A stretch of DNA of 64,000 bases from Eledone cirrhosa (taxonomy: Eukaryota): contig OZ024746.1 of assembly GCA_964016885.1 (NCBI GenBank), positions 2,418,001-2,482,000 of the forward strand. The letters run 5' to 3'. How positions within the stretch are numbered: position 1 is the stretch's first letter; every line of letters starts with the position of its first letter. Position numbers and translations under genes: made by a program. The notes under the pieces are model-generated. The model made no database searches and was not told where the DNA came from. It was given only the letters and a program-made list of their open reading frames with translations. This document shows, one piece after another, positions 26,841 to 39,730 of this stretch.

Positions 26841-27269
26841 TGTGTGTATTGAACAATGAAAATAAAACAAAAGTTGAAGATAGGTTGTTCATTGTTTTAC
26901 GATCGTTTCAGAGGGTTGATTGATTATGGTAGATCAATATATTGACTAGCATGGTAGTGATTATGTCACTACCTATTTCTAGTCTCTGATTTGTTTCTGA
27001 GGAAGACAGTGCAATGGATCAATATCTAATGGATCAATATCTAAGTTAAAGCACCATATATGTATTTCACGATTTTTATCCATCTTTCAGATTTCTGTAA
27101 AGATTTGAAAATCTTTAACAAATCTCTGTATAAATTTACCAGTTGTTCTTATGAAGTTTATAAAAGGGATGTGGCTTTAACTGTATAGTGAGTAGTAATG
27201 AGAAGGAACGCAGCAGTTTTAGTGCACAATTTTTATGTTAAATCTAAGTTGTGTTAATGATAATGATAA

Positions 27270-28205
27270 ATAATAATGAAATTATTGTGTACAGTGCTCA
27301 GGTGCACTATCACTCATAAAAGGTGCATGTATAGTACATAGAATAATATACAAATGTCAGGAAAATGAACAGTGTACGAGTCATGAAATACATGTGTGCA
27401 TGTGTATGGTGGGGGGGATATCAGGTATAGTGTTGGCGAATCTCAGGAAGCATGGAAGTTTTAAAGGATGCAGTGTCTCGACAGCTAACAACTGATGCAG
27501 GTAGTTTGTTCCATGGAGGTTTTAAAGGATGCAGTGTCTCGACAGCTAACAACTGATGCAGGTAGTTTGTTCCATGGAGGTTTTAAAGGATGCAGTGACT
27601 CGACAGCTAACCACTGATGCAGGTAGTTTGTTCCATGGAGGTTTTAAAGGATGCAGTGCCTCGACAGCTAACAACTGATGCAGGTAGTTTGTTCCATGGA
27701 GGTTTTAAAGGATGCAGTGCCTCGACAGCTAACAACTGATGCAGGTAGTTTGTTCCATGGAGGTTTTAAAGGATGCAGTGCCTCGACAGCTAACAACTGA
27801 TGCAGGTAGTTTGTTCCATGGAGGTTTTAAAGGATGCAGTGCCTCGACAGCTAACAACTGATGCAGGTAGTTTGTTCCATGGAGGTTTTAAAGGATGCAG
27901 TGACTCGACAGCTAACAACTGATGCAGGTAGTTTGTTCCATGGAGGTTTTAAAGGATGCAGTGACTCGACAGCTAACAACTGATGCAGGTAGTTTGTTCC
28001 ATGGAGGTTTTAAAGGATGCAGTGACTCGACAGCTAACCACTGATGCAGGTAGTTTGTTCCATGCTTCAGCAACTCTGAGCATGAAAAAATGCTTCCGAA
28101 AGTCATCGGAGCTGTGCTGTTTTCTGATTTTTGTTGGCATGCCCACGGGTGTTAGACACATGGAAATCAAAAAGTGGCTCAGGGTTGTTGTTGGCAAGAT
28201 GGTTA
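27270..28205 (-). mobile_element. CR1-like LINE 3' end containing a 10x 61-bp tandem array
   Basis: RKHFFMLRVAEAWNKLPASVVSCR..ASFK is a CR1 ORF2 C-terminal signature; array at 27451-28064. Confidence 0.82.
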
Positions 28206-28683
28206 ATCATGATGATAATGATTAACACAATTTATATTAAAATAATAAAAAAAGTGAGAGAAGACTGAAACACGTCACAAAAGAAGCCAACTTTGCCTTT
28301 CATCACTCTGCAGTAAATAAAGTACCAGTCCTATACTGGGGTTCGTGTAATTAACTACTCCCTCTCCCCATAAATTGTTGGCCTTGTGCCTAAATTATAA
28401 AGCATTATTATTAGTAATCAGACCATTCATTATACACGGTATGTCTATTATCATTAATGCATTAAAATGTATTAAAGTATTAAAACAACAATTCCAAAGA
28501 CCTAATGTCAAACCAAAAAACCATTAAAATCTAATAAAATTAAAACAACAACAAACAACAAAAGTATGTCTCAGGATAGGATTTACCCCTCCCTCTTGGA
28601 AAAAAAAAAAAAAAAAAAAAATCAAAATTTTTAATAAAAGGTTATTTCAAGGCCACACACAATTGATTGATGGGGTCACCTAC

Positions 28684-28802
28684 CAACACATGTTTAGTAG
28701 CTATGTGACTATAACCAGTTTTACAGGAACATTGATAGCTTCCTTCTGTATTGGTAGAGACATGTTGGCAGGGAGCATTTCTTGAAGAACATTCATTAAT
28801 GT
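28684..28802 (-). pseudogene. Degenerate cbEGF exon F (119 bp)
   Basis: tacag|..|gtagg intact, but Cys3 is TCT (Ser) and a 1-bp deletion precedes Cys6: DINECSSRNAPCQHVSTNTEGSYQCSCKTGYSHIATK/CV. Confidence 0.75.
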
Positions 28803-28819
28803 CTGTAAGAGAAGGTAAG

Positions 28820-29451
28820 ATGATGAAGAAGAATAGAAGGAGAAGGAGGAGAAGAAGAAGTAGGAGTAGAAGAAGAAGAAGGAGGAGAAGAAGAAATAGG
28901 AGAAGAAGTAGGAGAAGAAGAAGTAGGAGTAGAAGAAGAAGGAGAAGTAGGAGTAGAAGAAGGAGAAGAAGGAGAAGAAGGAGGAGAAGAAGGAGGAGAA
29001 GAAGGAGAAGGAAAAAGAAGACAAAGAACAAATACATAAGAAAAGACTGATGTAAATTGAATGAGAGGGAGAAAGAGAAAAAAACAGTAAATGAAGAATA
29101 GAGAGAGAAAGTGACAAAGTGAGATAGGGTGAGAGGGGTGGGTGATATAGGGTGAGAGGGGTGGGTGAGATAGGGTGAGAGGGGTGGGTGAGATAGGGTG
29201 AGAGGGGTGGGTGAAAGAGAAGGAGATAGAAGGAAGGAAAGAAAAAGAAAGATGGTGTGAAACAGAGTGAATGAAATCTAAATGAGGAAGAAAGAAAAAG
29301 AGTAAGAGAGAAATATGGAAGTAAAGAACAAAACAGAGAGAGAGAGGGATAAAAACAGATAGAGAGAGAGTGAGATAATGAGAGAGAAATAGATAGAGGG
29401 AAGAAGAGGAAGAGAATAAATGAAAGAAAAAAAAGAGAGAAAGAGAGAGAG

Positions 29452-29487
<36 letters not shown>

Positions 29488-29520
29488 CAAAGAGCAAAAG
29501 AGAGAAAGAAGGAAAAAGCT
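28820..29520. repeat. Polypurine (GAA/GGA/GA)n low-complexity tract with short 22-bp repeats
   Basis: Nearly pure A/G on the plus strand. Confidence 0.85.
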
Positions 29521-31112
29521 AAAGTGAGAAGTGAAAAGACAGAAGAACTAAAAAGGAGTAAGACGGTCTATCTCTTCATCCACTGGAAATCTGTTACAAA
29601 ATTTCAACAAATTGAATTTAAATTAAAAAAAATATATTCCACCTTCAAGAAAGTTCAGCTTTAAATTGAATTTATTTTGCATTAAGGAATAATAATAATA
29701 ATAATGATAATACAGGTTGACACTCGGCAGGGTTTGGGAAAGAAGCAGAATTCAAAGGAGGTTCCAAATAACAACAACAACAACAACAATAATAATAATA
29801 ATAATATGTATGATAATTAAAATAGAAAAAATTTCATAATAAAACAATAACCAGATAATAAAACGAAAGAAAATAATAAAGTAAATGATTATAAAAAAAA
29901 TACATAAATAGAGGATTCAAAAACAATAAATTTAAAAAAAAAAAAAAAGATAAAAATAAAATTAAAAAATAAAACAAAATAAGGAATATACAATTTTAAT
30001 AACAATTCCAATAATAACAATTAAACAAAAATTAAATACAATAAAAAGAAAAGTAACAATATAATAATGATTTTATTCTTTCTTTCTTATTTGTTTATAA
30101 TAGTGAAACTATAAAATGAAAATATATTGATAATAATACAAATAATGATATTAATGAAACAATGAATAAATGTGCAATTAATTTTAAAGAATTTTTGGAT
30201 AAAAAACAATAAAACGAGAGGCAAATATCAGCAAAGTTTAGGCAACATTTGTATCTGCTGTTGTTATTAGTTGCATCTGTTGCATCTGCAGAAATGGTAT
30301 CAGCAGTCAATGTTTGATGCAACAACTGCTGCAGTTGAGAAATAAGAACTGCTAGCAACTACAACAAGAAGTCAATAAGGAGACACAAAAAGGGAACTGC
30401 TTTGGGAAATAGTAGCCTCTTGCTAGAAATAGTAGTCAAATTTCTTGTAAATTATATACTACTGCTTTAAAAAAAGAAGGCCATATTGAATGTTAAATGA
30501 TTATATCTCTAGATTAGATGCACTATGCCTGGGGAAAAAGACAAGTCACTCCTCACAATTGGAATGGCTTTGATCATAGTAAAATCTGGAATCTGAGAAG
30601 ATTGGTAAGAGTCTAATTTGGCAACATTCCACCATTTCTCCCTTTGACTATAGTTCTGCTCAATCAGGTTTGACTTGAGGCTAAACAAGAAGAAGCCAAA
30701 GAGGGGGTCTCTATATAGTCACTTGACCTGCTAGAAATTGCAGCCAACTCCAATCATTAAAAAGAAAGAACATAGGATGGTCACAGTAGGAGTGTCTTTA
30801 ATGATAGTTTTACTTGAGTAGAGCTGGGCTGGGGTTTACAGTCAACAACAACTTCCTGAACAGAAACAACAACTACAACAGTGAAAAGTATAGTAAAAAC
30901 AACTGTAATAGCAAATACAACAAAAAAACAACTGGAATGAGAACTGAGATAATTGTAACAACTGTGGTAGCAACAGAGACACAATACAACAACTACAACA
31001 ACTACACTAGCAACAGAGACACAATACAACAACTACAACAACACAAGCTATGGTCATAGAGACACTAACAAAAGAGCAATAACAATATTTGTTACAGCAA
31101 TTGTTGCAACAC

Positions 31113-31450
31113 TAGCAACAATGCCAGAAATATGTACTGCAACAATGGCAACAGCAATAATTGTTTCTACTTTTGGCACAAGGCCAGCAATTATCCCAGT
31201 GCATTACTGGTACTTTATAGCAACAATGCCAGAAATATGTACTGCAACAATGGCAACAGCAATAATTGTTTCTACTTTTGGCACCAGGCCAGCAATTATC
31301 CCAGTGCATTACTGGTACTTTATTTTATCGAACCCGTAAGAATGAAAGGCAAAGTTAACCTCGGCGGGATTTGAACTCAGATCATAAAGCGAGGTAACTC
31401 TATGCTTCAAAGCATGGCGCCCGACCCTCTGCCAATACTGCCAATTCACC
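31113..31450 (-). mobile_element. SINE family 1 with ~105-bp tandem duplication of its 3' end and flank
   Basis: tagcaacaatgccagaaatatg...ggtacttta occurs twice. Confidence 0.8.
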
Positions 31451-31485
31451 TAATGACAAGAATTGGTACATATGTAGTTGGTTAA

Positions 31486-32017
31486 CCCTTTAGCATTTAA
31501 ACCAACCATATCTGGCCAAAATTCTCTCACCCCTTTCTGTTCAAACCAGCCATAACTGGCTGCTCATACTTATTTTAAGGCATTGTTCTCAAAATAAATA
31601 ATATCAAATTCTCATAGATTCAATATTATTTGAGATAATTATGTGAGATAATTATGTGAGATAATTATGTGAGGTAATTATGTGAGGTAATTATGTGAGA
31701 TAATTATGTGAGGTAATTATGTGAGGTAATTATGTGAGGTAATTATGTGAGGTAATTATGTGAGATAATTATGTGAGATAATTATGTGAGGTAATTATGT
31801 GAGATAATTATGTGAGGTAATTATGTGAGGTAATTATGTGAGGTAATTATGTGAGGTAATTATGTGAGGTAATTATGTGAGATAATTATGTGAGATAATT
31901 ATGTGAGGTGATTATGTGAGGTAATTATGTGAGATAATTATGTGAGGTAATTATGTGAGGTAAAGGGTTTATGGTGAAAATACAAAGTAAATGTAGAGTA
32001 ATATAAATGCTAAAGGG
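31486..32017. mobile_element. piggyBac-like MITE with internal 13-bp tandem array
   Basis: Perfect 14-bp TIR ccctttagcattta, TTAA on both sides; (taattatgtgagR)x~25 inside. Confidence 0.8.
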
Positions 32018-32774
32018 TTAAGAGATGTGTTGTGTGGTTTTAGAGTTTGATCTGACCTCGGGGCAATTTGGACATCATCATCATCGTTTAACATCCATCT
32101 ATCATGCTAGCATGGGTAAGATGGGTTGACCCCTAGAGAGAGAATCAGGTCAGAGGACCATGTTTAGCTCACCCGGGGCAGATTTTGGCTGGGTTTCTAC
32201 AGCTGGATGCCCTTCCTAACGTCAACCACATTTACAGTGTGTACCAAATACTCAGCTTGATCAATGCATTCCAATTGACATTTGGCAGATGAAACCTGGG
32301 GAAGTCCATTATGTATGTATCTCTATATAAACGTTGTCTGTGTGTCTACATTTTATTCAGAAACTACAAAACAAACACCCACAAAACCATAGGTAATAAT
32401 AGATATTATTTAATGTCTATTCTTTGACAGAAATTATGTAAATTGATGGCTGCAGCTTGGAAAAGTCCATCTCCCCCATACTAATATTTAGAGCAAGTTA
32501 GGGGTTGGGAAATATAGATGATGTCTGAGGTAGGGATTATGGGGGATGTCTTAATTATAATATAGAAAGTTCATGATAGGCTTTGTATTTACAAATGTAG
32601 TTTTTAAGAGTCTGGAATCCAATGGTCTTATACACGAGATGTTTTGTTTATTGTTTTCTGAGTGTATTGTTTATGTATAGAGCATTCGATGGTTGCTTTG
32701 TATTTGTTCTGGGTGTGTCTGTGTTCAGATTGTGTGTTTGACAGTACTACTTGCATGTTTGCATATATATATAT

Positions 32775-33085
32775 AAAGTGGTCGTGTAGCTGACATGACA
32801 AAAAGCACAGTCCACACTGTAAAGTGGTCATGTAGGAGACATGACAAAAAGCACATCCCACAGTCCACACTGTAAAGTGGTTGTGTAGGAGACATGGTAA
32901 AAAGGCTCCCAGTCCAAACTGTAAATGTGGTTGGTGTTAGGTAGGGCATCCAGCAGTAGAAGACCTACCAGAAACAGTTTTATATGAGCGAGACACAGTC
33001 ACCTGACCAATCTTGCCTCAAGTGGGACAAACCTGGCCAACCCATGCTAGCGTAGAAGATGAACGTTAAACGATGATGATGATGA
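32775..33085 (+). mobile_element. RTE 3'UTR fragment
   Basis: Repeated cactgtaaagtgg units, then RTE tail and (gat)n. Confidence 0.7.
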
Positions 33086-33896
33086 TATATATATATATAT
33101 AGTGTATATGTGTAATGTATGCATATGTGTATATGTATATATATATATATATATACGGTAGTTATTGATAGTAAGTAAACTGGTTGGAGCAATATTATTT
33201 ACATATATATCATTATTCATCATCATACAGGGAAGATTTGTATAACATTTATTTTGATATCTAAAGCAGCATACTCTGTTTATAATTTGATGCAACTAAT
33301 CAACACATTATAGCGTAGATTTGAAATTCTTATTGATGGAGAAAATATTTATGGAGTTTTAATATTTTTATATTTACATACTTCTATCCCAAAATGTAGA
33401 CATTTTGTCTTTCAATAATTTCCTTTATTCTGATCTTTTTCAACTTATTCCTGAGTACCTTGGCAATGTGTGTGTGTGTGTGTGAAATAAAACAAAACAA
33501 GATTGAAAGAAAAAGTATAATTAAGTCACAGAGAAAGACATGTTTATGCATGCACATGTGCATGCATGTATGTGTATAAGTATAGAGGATATTTATGTAT
33601 TAAAAAGTTCAAATAATAAAACTTTGTGGCAATATTTTGAAGGCAATGCATAAATAAAACTCATGATGATATAGCAAATGTAGAAAAACAATGCTTCATT
33701 GTGAAATAATCAATCCAGATATTTTAGCACTTTACCTTAACTTGAAAATTTGGGGATTGTCTTCTACACCCAGTTGCCTTGTACACCAGCATATACGATA
33801 TTTACATAAAATTTTCAGTTGGTGAAAATTATCAAAATATTGACCACGAATATAAGCTGACCCTCCATTTTATCATCGAATTTTTGGTCACATATT

Positions 33897-34229
33897 CATC
33901 ATCATCATCATTTTACGTCCACTTTTCCCTGCTTGCAAGGATGGGACAGGAACTGATTCTGGCTGGATTTCTACAGCTGGATGCCCTTCCTAACACCAAC
34001 CTCATTTACAGTGAGTGCTGGGTTCTTTTTTGCCATGGCACCTCCACAACCACTTTACAGTGGAATGATATGAACCCCAGTCCCTATCATCTCATTTCTA
34101 CAGCTGAGTAAACTGGAGCAATGTGAAATAAAGTGTCTTGCTCAAGGAAACAACACTCGGTCTGAGAACTGAACTCACAACCTTTCGATTGCAAGGCCAA
34201 TGCTCTAACCACTAAGCCATGTGCTTCCT
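33897..34229 (-). mobile_element. SINE family 2 copy
   Basis: Highly similar to 4535-4881. Confidence 0.82.
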
Positions 34230-35893
34230 CAGCTAATATTTGAGTATATTACAGTAATTGTCTAAAACCCTTGAAGAATGTTCTCTAATATGACTATTTT
34301 CTAACAGGTTGAGAGTCTAAACGACACTTTCTTCTTAATTTGAAGAGAAAGAGGTTTCAGAGAATGATATATCTTTAACCCTTTCAATACCAACCTACTG
34401 ACCCTGACTATGTGGAAAAATAAATATCCGTTTTAAAGTGTTCCTGTTTAAATTCAAACCTTCCAGCAGCCAAACTACAAGGACATATTTGGGGCTCTGC
34501 TAGAGTCAGCAGCACCACACACAACCACTTGTTGCTAACCTCCAAGGAAACAAAATGAGACTAACGAGGGAGATTGTATTATAATGATGGAGTTTCAAAT
34601 GGAAATGAAATTCATGGAACCTTATAATACACAGAAGTATAGGATCAAAGTGGAAACAACAACATATAATATAATAAGAAAAGAAGAGAAAAAAAAACTG
34701 AAAAGAAACAAAGTTGAAAGGAAAAGGGAGAAAAAGAATTATTGAAATAATTATCCTACAAAGTATCCTGTCTAATGGAACGGCAGCTGAACCTTCTATC
34801 TATTCTGTGTGTGCTATGTATTTAATTTTGTGGATTGTAACAAATACTACATATATAACACATTCTGAATAAATGATGGCAATTCAAGACCATCAGTTCA
34901 CTTTCTAACTAAATACTTTTATCTACGAATTCTCCAAGTCAAATTTCTCATTATTGAAATTATATGTAAATCCTTTTGTTAAGATATTTCAAATACCATC
35001 TTCATAATAAGAAAGTTAGTTATAACTACACCCAATTTTTAAACACCATCTTCATACTAAGATATTCTAAACACCATCTTTATACTAAAAAAGTTAGTTA
35101 TATTATAACTACACACTTTTAAATATTATTTTAAACAAATTTGACAATCATAGTCAGTGTCTTTTAGTAGAAATAGAATAATAAAAAGGTTAAATAAAGA
35201 ACTGCATATTGTATGTAATGCTAGGTATGAGGATTAAGTTAAACCATTAAATGTGAATACAATGAAGTTGATAGAAAGATTGCTGAATGTAGATTCAAGT
35301 AGAAAGCAAAGCATAACCAGCAAGCTTTGAAGAGAAACGTCTCTTATAAGCAGTTGCAGAAGATATGAAGAGTGTACACAGCACTATGTTGAGACATAGT
35401 GAGTAGGCAGATTGTTTTCTTTTCAATATGAACTAGAGTGTTAGTGACTACGGACAAGGAGGTACCATGTTATTTTTACCATTTATTAATCTACTTCACA
35501 TAATATTAATTCTTTCAACCACACAAATCAATGAGAGAACCTCTACATGGTGGCTTTTTTAAGTACCAGTAATACATGGGGTTTAAATCAAGGTAAAGAA
35601 ACATTTTTCTCTCATAAAACATCCCCTAACATCTGAGATGAGATATGAATATTGAAGACTTCAATTAGCAGATTGCTATCTTAATGATCTGTTCAGCTGT
35701 GAATCTCTGTTAATTATAGGATACATTTAGCAATAATGAGGAATAAAATTGGTTTAATTGAAATAAAAGACTTGTGAAGACATTGTTTGAAGGTTGGCAT
35801 TAACATTTTAAAGCAAAATAATGAGATCCCACTAACCAATTTTGTGTGATTGATTTTTCATTTAATATAACTATCATTCAAATCTCTCTCTCT

Positions 35894-35920
<27 letters not shown>

Positions 35921-35924
<4 letters not shown>

Positions 35925-36010
35925 AGGCTTCTACAGGACTATATTTATACTCTGCTTTGTATTGAGTACCTTACTTACTGTGGTTACCCCCGATTGAACC
36001 CGGGATAAAC
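35921..36010 (+). mobile_element. Penelope-like short element (family 1), 5'-inverted hammerhead end plus tail
   Basis: ggcttctacaggact + tattgagtaccttacttactgtggttac..gataaac, as at 22.7-23.1 kb; (TA)n flanks. Confidence 0.6.
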
Positions 36011-37090
36011 ATATATATATGTGTGTGTGTGTGTGTACACACACATATATATATAGTTTAGAGATTGTAACATCAAGTTACTCGTCCATATTATTATTAT
36101 TATTATTATTATTATGATATGTGTGTGCGTGTGTGTCAGTACTCCAGTATTGATCTGCTCCTTTGATTTGAGTCCTCATGTCAGATGAGCAGATTAATAC
36201 TGGAGTCAGGTTCATTACATCGATCAAGAGCTTGAGCCAATCATTTGTGAAGCATGTAATGTTCAATCATCATAATCATCATCATCATCATTTAACGTCC
36301 ATTTTTCATGCTTCCATGGGTTAGACATGTTGTCACATTATGAGATGAACCAGGTCAGGAGACCATGTCTTGCTCATATGCATCTATATTTTGGTTTGGC
36401 ATAACAAAAATTTATGGTTATATCTCCTGTATTATTCTACAGCAGATCTCAAAATTTAAAAAAGCAGATGTTAAATGATTATTATTGTTATTATTATTAT
36501 GTCTTTAATCTGGGGAATTAGCTAGCTTCATGTATGGCAATTTATGTAATTTATGATAAAGTCTGTGTTTAGTTTCAACTGGATTTTTTTACATCATGAA
36601 AATTATGAAATGCTAAATTGTTCCCATCTATAGTGTCCCTTTTTTAGTTTTATTATTATATATATTTTTTTTATTGATTATTGATTATTCTAATGGTGGA
36701 ATATTTTTAACTGATGATTCTTAATGGATGGTAATTTATTTTGGCACAAGGCCACATATTTTCCAGGGGCAAAGTGTAATCAATTAAATCTCCCCACCAA
36801 AAGTCAGTTTTGCTGTGATTAAAACTCAGAACATCAAGGGATATAAATAAATACTGCCAGGCATTTAGTTTCACATTCTGCTCATTCAAATACACTATAG
36901 CTTCTAAGTATTACTCTATTACATGTTCCAGAAGAGAGGCTGAGGCCATGCTGGAGCACTCAGGTCTCAAAATTAACAATGCAATTAAAATCTTTTTTGC
37001 ATTAATTTTGTAATTTTAGTGAATATTCTTAACTAATATTTGATGTTGAAATTTTGATTATTATAATGTAAATTTCTTTGGAAAACCTTT

Positions 37091-37203
37091 CTGAACAAAT
37101 TCTTGTATTAGCAAGTTGGCAGCCATAATTGCCAGAATGTTTGAAATTATCATGATTCATTTGATCTCACAGCTAGCATTGTTTGTTGACCATTCATTGT
37201 TGT
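37091..37203 (-). pseudogene. Decayed cbEGF pseudo-exon G (paralogue of exon B)
   Basis: DNNEWSTNNASCEIK*..., donor GT lost (TGTTCAG|aaagg); upstream intron 37220-37385 closely matches 4310-4475. Confidence 0.8.
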
Positions 37204-38349
37204 CTTAAGAAGGCATATTAACAAGATTTACATATTGGTTGTGACAACTTAAGAAACCAATGTTGGCAATACACTCATAGATGGTTCTATATTTACATTT
37301 GTATGTAATAATTCTTGATGCCTTAAAAAGACATCAATAAATAGGATTTGTATATTGATTAGTGACAATTTAAGAAAAGAATTATAGCAAAAACACGTAG
37401 GTTGTTCTATATTATATTAGTCTATAGCAATATTTCTGGATATTTGAAAAAGAGATATAAACAAGATTTGTATATTGGTTGTGACAACTCAAGAACACAA
37501 CTATAGTCAGCAGACACTTATACATAGTTCTGTACCTGTACTATAGTCAGACACTTATACATAGTTCTGTACCTGTACTATAGTCAGACACTTATACATA
37601 GTTCTGTACCTGTATATATATTAAGCAAGAAAACACGAATATGTAGATGAAAACAAAAATGAACTTGTACTTTAAATAATCATATTATAGAGACTTAATA
37701 CATAGGAAGCAACGTATTCACAACCATCATAATTTAACGTCTGCTTTCCCTGCTAGTAAGGGTTGGACTGATTGTCACAGACAAAACCAGTATTTAATCA
37801 GAGTACTGATCTCTCAGACAAGCCAGAGGGCCAAAATCTCCCGATACTCATGTAAAAGTCAATCTCAAAATTGTTAAAAACATTAGCCAATTCACAGAGG
37901 TTGGCTGTGTTTTCTGTGATGATGGAGATGCTGAAATTAGTGTGAAATGTAGAATTAAGAAGGTGACAGCAGTATTTCAGTAAATATATAAAATCTAGGC
38001 CATGAATACACTGGACACCAACATTACGACCCACCTATAAAATACCACTGCACAACTAATGTGGCTATATGTAAATTAAATGTGAAAGATAAACTGTAAA
38101 AATCACCAAAATGTTGAATATCATTTGTCAAGGAAAAATTCTAAGAATTTCTTACCATGATCTTATCAGAATCAAAAGGAAAGAGAAGTCCACTGAATCT
38201 TTCAGGGGCACCTGTGGGTTGTCGTCACACACAAGGGAAACAGGGAAAAAAACAACCTGTTAGGAACACTGTAGGAGAACTGCCATTTGATGTATAAACT
38301 TGTGTGGAGTTGACTATCTACTGATTCTACCTCCTTTTCACAAGAGTAA

Positions 38350-38945
38350 TAATTCTTTCTTACATTGTTACAAAGCTGGTATTCTGGGAGAGGGGAAAGC
38401 TGATTATATTAATCAAGTACTTAACTAATATTTAATTTTATCAACACGAGATGGATGAAAGGCAAAGTTGACTTTGGTGGGATTTGAACTCAGAACTACC
38501 AAGTCGTAACTAAATGCCATAAAGCATTTTGTCCCAAACTCTACTGATACTGCCAATCTACTGCCCTTAAAAGAAAAAAAAATAGTAATAATTGTTTCTG
38601 ATTTAGGTACAAAGCCAACAATTTTGGGGGAGGGAAGAGTTGATTAAATCAACCCTAGTGTATTACTGGTACTTTATTTTATTAACCCCAGAAGGATGAA
38701 AGGCTAACCTAACCTTGGCAGGATTTGAACTGAGAACATAAAGGGCTGTAACTATATGCATCAAATAATTGTTTCTACTTTAGGCACAAGGCCAGCAATT
38801 ACCCAGTGCATTAGTGGTACTTTATTTTATCGACCCCGTAAGGATGAAAGGCAAAGTTAACCTCGGTGGGATTTGAACTCAGATCGTAAAAGGACGTAAC
38901 TCTTTGCGTCAAAGCATGGCGTCCAACCCTCTACTGATACTGCCA
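38350..38945 (-). mobile_element. Cluster of three stacked SINE family 1 copies of differing age
   Basis: Three ggatgaaaggc...ggatttgaact cores. Confidence 0.75.
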
Positions 38946-39109
38946 TGAAGTAGTTAATATTTTTAGTAAATCCTTCAAATTTTTTCATTAATTAATTCAT
39001 ATACAATACATTTCATTATAAATGTGGTAATAAAAGGGTTAAAACAGTTGTTAGAGGTGAAGTAATATATAGGTGGTGGTGTAGTCACATATTTCTTTCA
39101 TTAACTTAC

Positions 39110-39229
39110 CAACACATTCTTTGCTATTCTGTAGCTGATAGCCTGGCCTACATCCACATTGATAGCCCCCAACGGAATTCTTGCAGATTTGATGACAGCC
39201 GCCATTTCCAGCAGAACATTCATCAATGT
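39110..39229 (-). CDS. cbEGF exon H
   Basis: tttag|120 bp|gtaagt; (D)[39 protein letters not shown]. Confidence 0.92.
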
Positions 39230-39564
39230 CTAAAATATAAGACACCGAAAGAAAAGAAAATGATACATTGTTAAAGCAAATCATGAATTGAAATTATACA
39301 CTCTCTGGAAAAAGATTTGAAGTGATGTAAATGTTTATCTGATGACTTCATTGTATTATGTTTAGCACTCACACTATCAGTGCCAGATTTAATGAGGGGC
39401 AAAGGGAGTAACTGCCCCAGAACCTGAAGATTGCGAAAGCATGAAAATACTTGTTCATTTAACATTTAATATTCTACCATACTATTTCATTATCATATCA
39501 TTATAATTTTAAAGGATTGTAAATAAAACGAGTAAATCAGACAAAGTTGGAATTCCTTTTATTA

Positions 39565-39624
<60 letters not shown>

Positions 39625-39660
39625 GTGTGTGTATATATATAGATATATATATATATATAC

Positions 39661-39728
<68 letters not shown>

Positions 39729-39730
<2 letters not shown>

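Noticed and set aside
26890-27020. Scattered hammerhead-like pieces (gaaacgatcgta on minus, ctgaggaagac; also ctgacaaaggc at ~53135)
   Set aside because: Core halves are not joined into a complete fold; possibly decayed Penelope relics but unsupported.
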